A stretch of DNA of 32,000 bases, taken from contig OZ245768.1 of assembly GCA_965227835.1 (NCBI GenBank), forward strand, positions 660,001-692,000, in the 5' to 3' direction. This DNA is from Candidatus Saccharimonadota bacterium (GTDB lineage: Bacteria; Patescibacteriota; Gracilibacteria; BD1-5; UBA6164). This document shows, in pieces, positions 31,912 through 32,000 of this stretch. The notes beneath the pieces were generated by a model that had not been told where the DNA came from, ran no database searches, and saw nothing but the letters and a program-made list of their open reading frames with translations. Within the stretch, counting starts at the first letter, position 1; each line of letters begins with the position of its first letter. The position numbers and the translations under genes are program-made.

Positions 31912-32000
31912 CTACAACTTTGCCCACTTATTTAAATCATTCATAAGTCCAATAGCTCCTGAATAATAAAATAATGTTAAAGATATAATTATCATATATG
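31912..32000 (-). CDS. 3' end of an unidentified (hydrophobic) protein gene that continues beyond the window
   Basis: The frame reads ..YMIIISLTLFYYSGAIGLMNDLNKWAKL, ending at TAG 31912-31914, followed by the terminator hairpins. Only 29 codons are visible. Confidence 0.3.
   Translation of the reverse strand, partial: YMIIISLTLFYYSGAIGLMNDLNKWAKL

Noticed and set aside
1-32000. The region could be a graveyard of pseudogenes, because nearly every recognisable gene is interrupted by many in-frame TGA.
   Set aside because: The interruptions are exclusively TGA, never TAA/TAG or frameshifts. They coincide with invariant glycines of conserved motifs (GVGFYS, GPCS, GPEGG, IPG). This indicates codon reassignment rather than decay.
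1-32000. TGA=Trp (code 4, Mollicutes-like), given the very low GC.
   Set aside because: The conserved positions hit by TGA are Gly, not Trp. Trp positions such as the W of GWKG in DAHP synthase (29137-29139) use TGG, next to TGA codons that align with Gly.
1-32000. Search for a mobile element, prophage, CRISPR-Cas, tRNA or rRNA.
   Set aside because: I found no transposase-, integrase- or phage-like translations in any code-25 frame I read. There are no long terminal inverted repeats and no GC-rich cloverleaf-like segments. Absence is judged by eye only.

Overview
This is a very AT-rich bacterial chromosomal segment. Its genes are intact only when TGA is read as glycine (genetic code 25, the Gracilibacteria/Absconditabacteria lineages of the CPR). 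In the supplied standard-code track almost every gene is broken into pieces. I re-translated both strands by hand with TGA=Gly and TAA/TAG as the only stops. This gives 29 CDS with almost no intergenic space. All calls rest on motif recognition by eye, because no searches were run.

Recognisable genes:
- rsmI (3' part)
- a nucleotidyltransferase-fold protein
- a carotenoid-cleavage-oxygenase homolog downstream of a MarR regulator
- pheA (prephenate dehydratase)
- a WecG/TagA glycosyltransferase
- a 456-aa pilin-like protein
- a holB-like clamp-loader subunit
- an acidic lipoprotein
- a GT2 glycosyltransferase whose end overlaps the start of a 1562-aa polytopic membrane protein
- an RNB-domain exoribonuclease
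- a 1426-aa protein with 16 tandem 36/39-aa repeats and a C-terminal amidoligase-like (GS/GCS2-fold) region
- an hpf-like gene
- a solute-binding protein
- a HIT hydrolase
- rsmE
- a class-I DAHP synthase
- htpG

Most notable observations:
1. A 23-codon Phe/Tyr/Trp-rich leader ORF with alternative terminator/antiterminator pairings lies immediately upstream of the DAHP synthase gene. This looks like a classic ribosome-mediated attenuator.
2. The giant repeat plus amidoligase-like protein.
3. The oxygenase gene (and a small neighbouring ORF) almost completely lack TGA-Gly codons, unlike every other gene here. This suggests recent import from a standard-code donor.
4. A Gly/aromatic-rich, beta-barrel-like protein ending in Phe is invisible under the standard code.
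5. A 13-13-13 palindrome lies in the htpG promoter region.

I could not recognise any tRNA, rRNA, CRISPR array, transposase or integrase.
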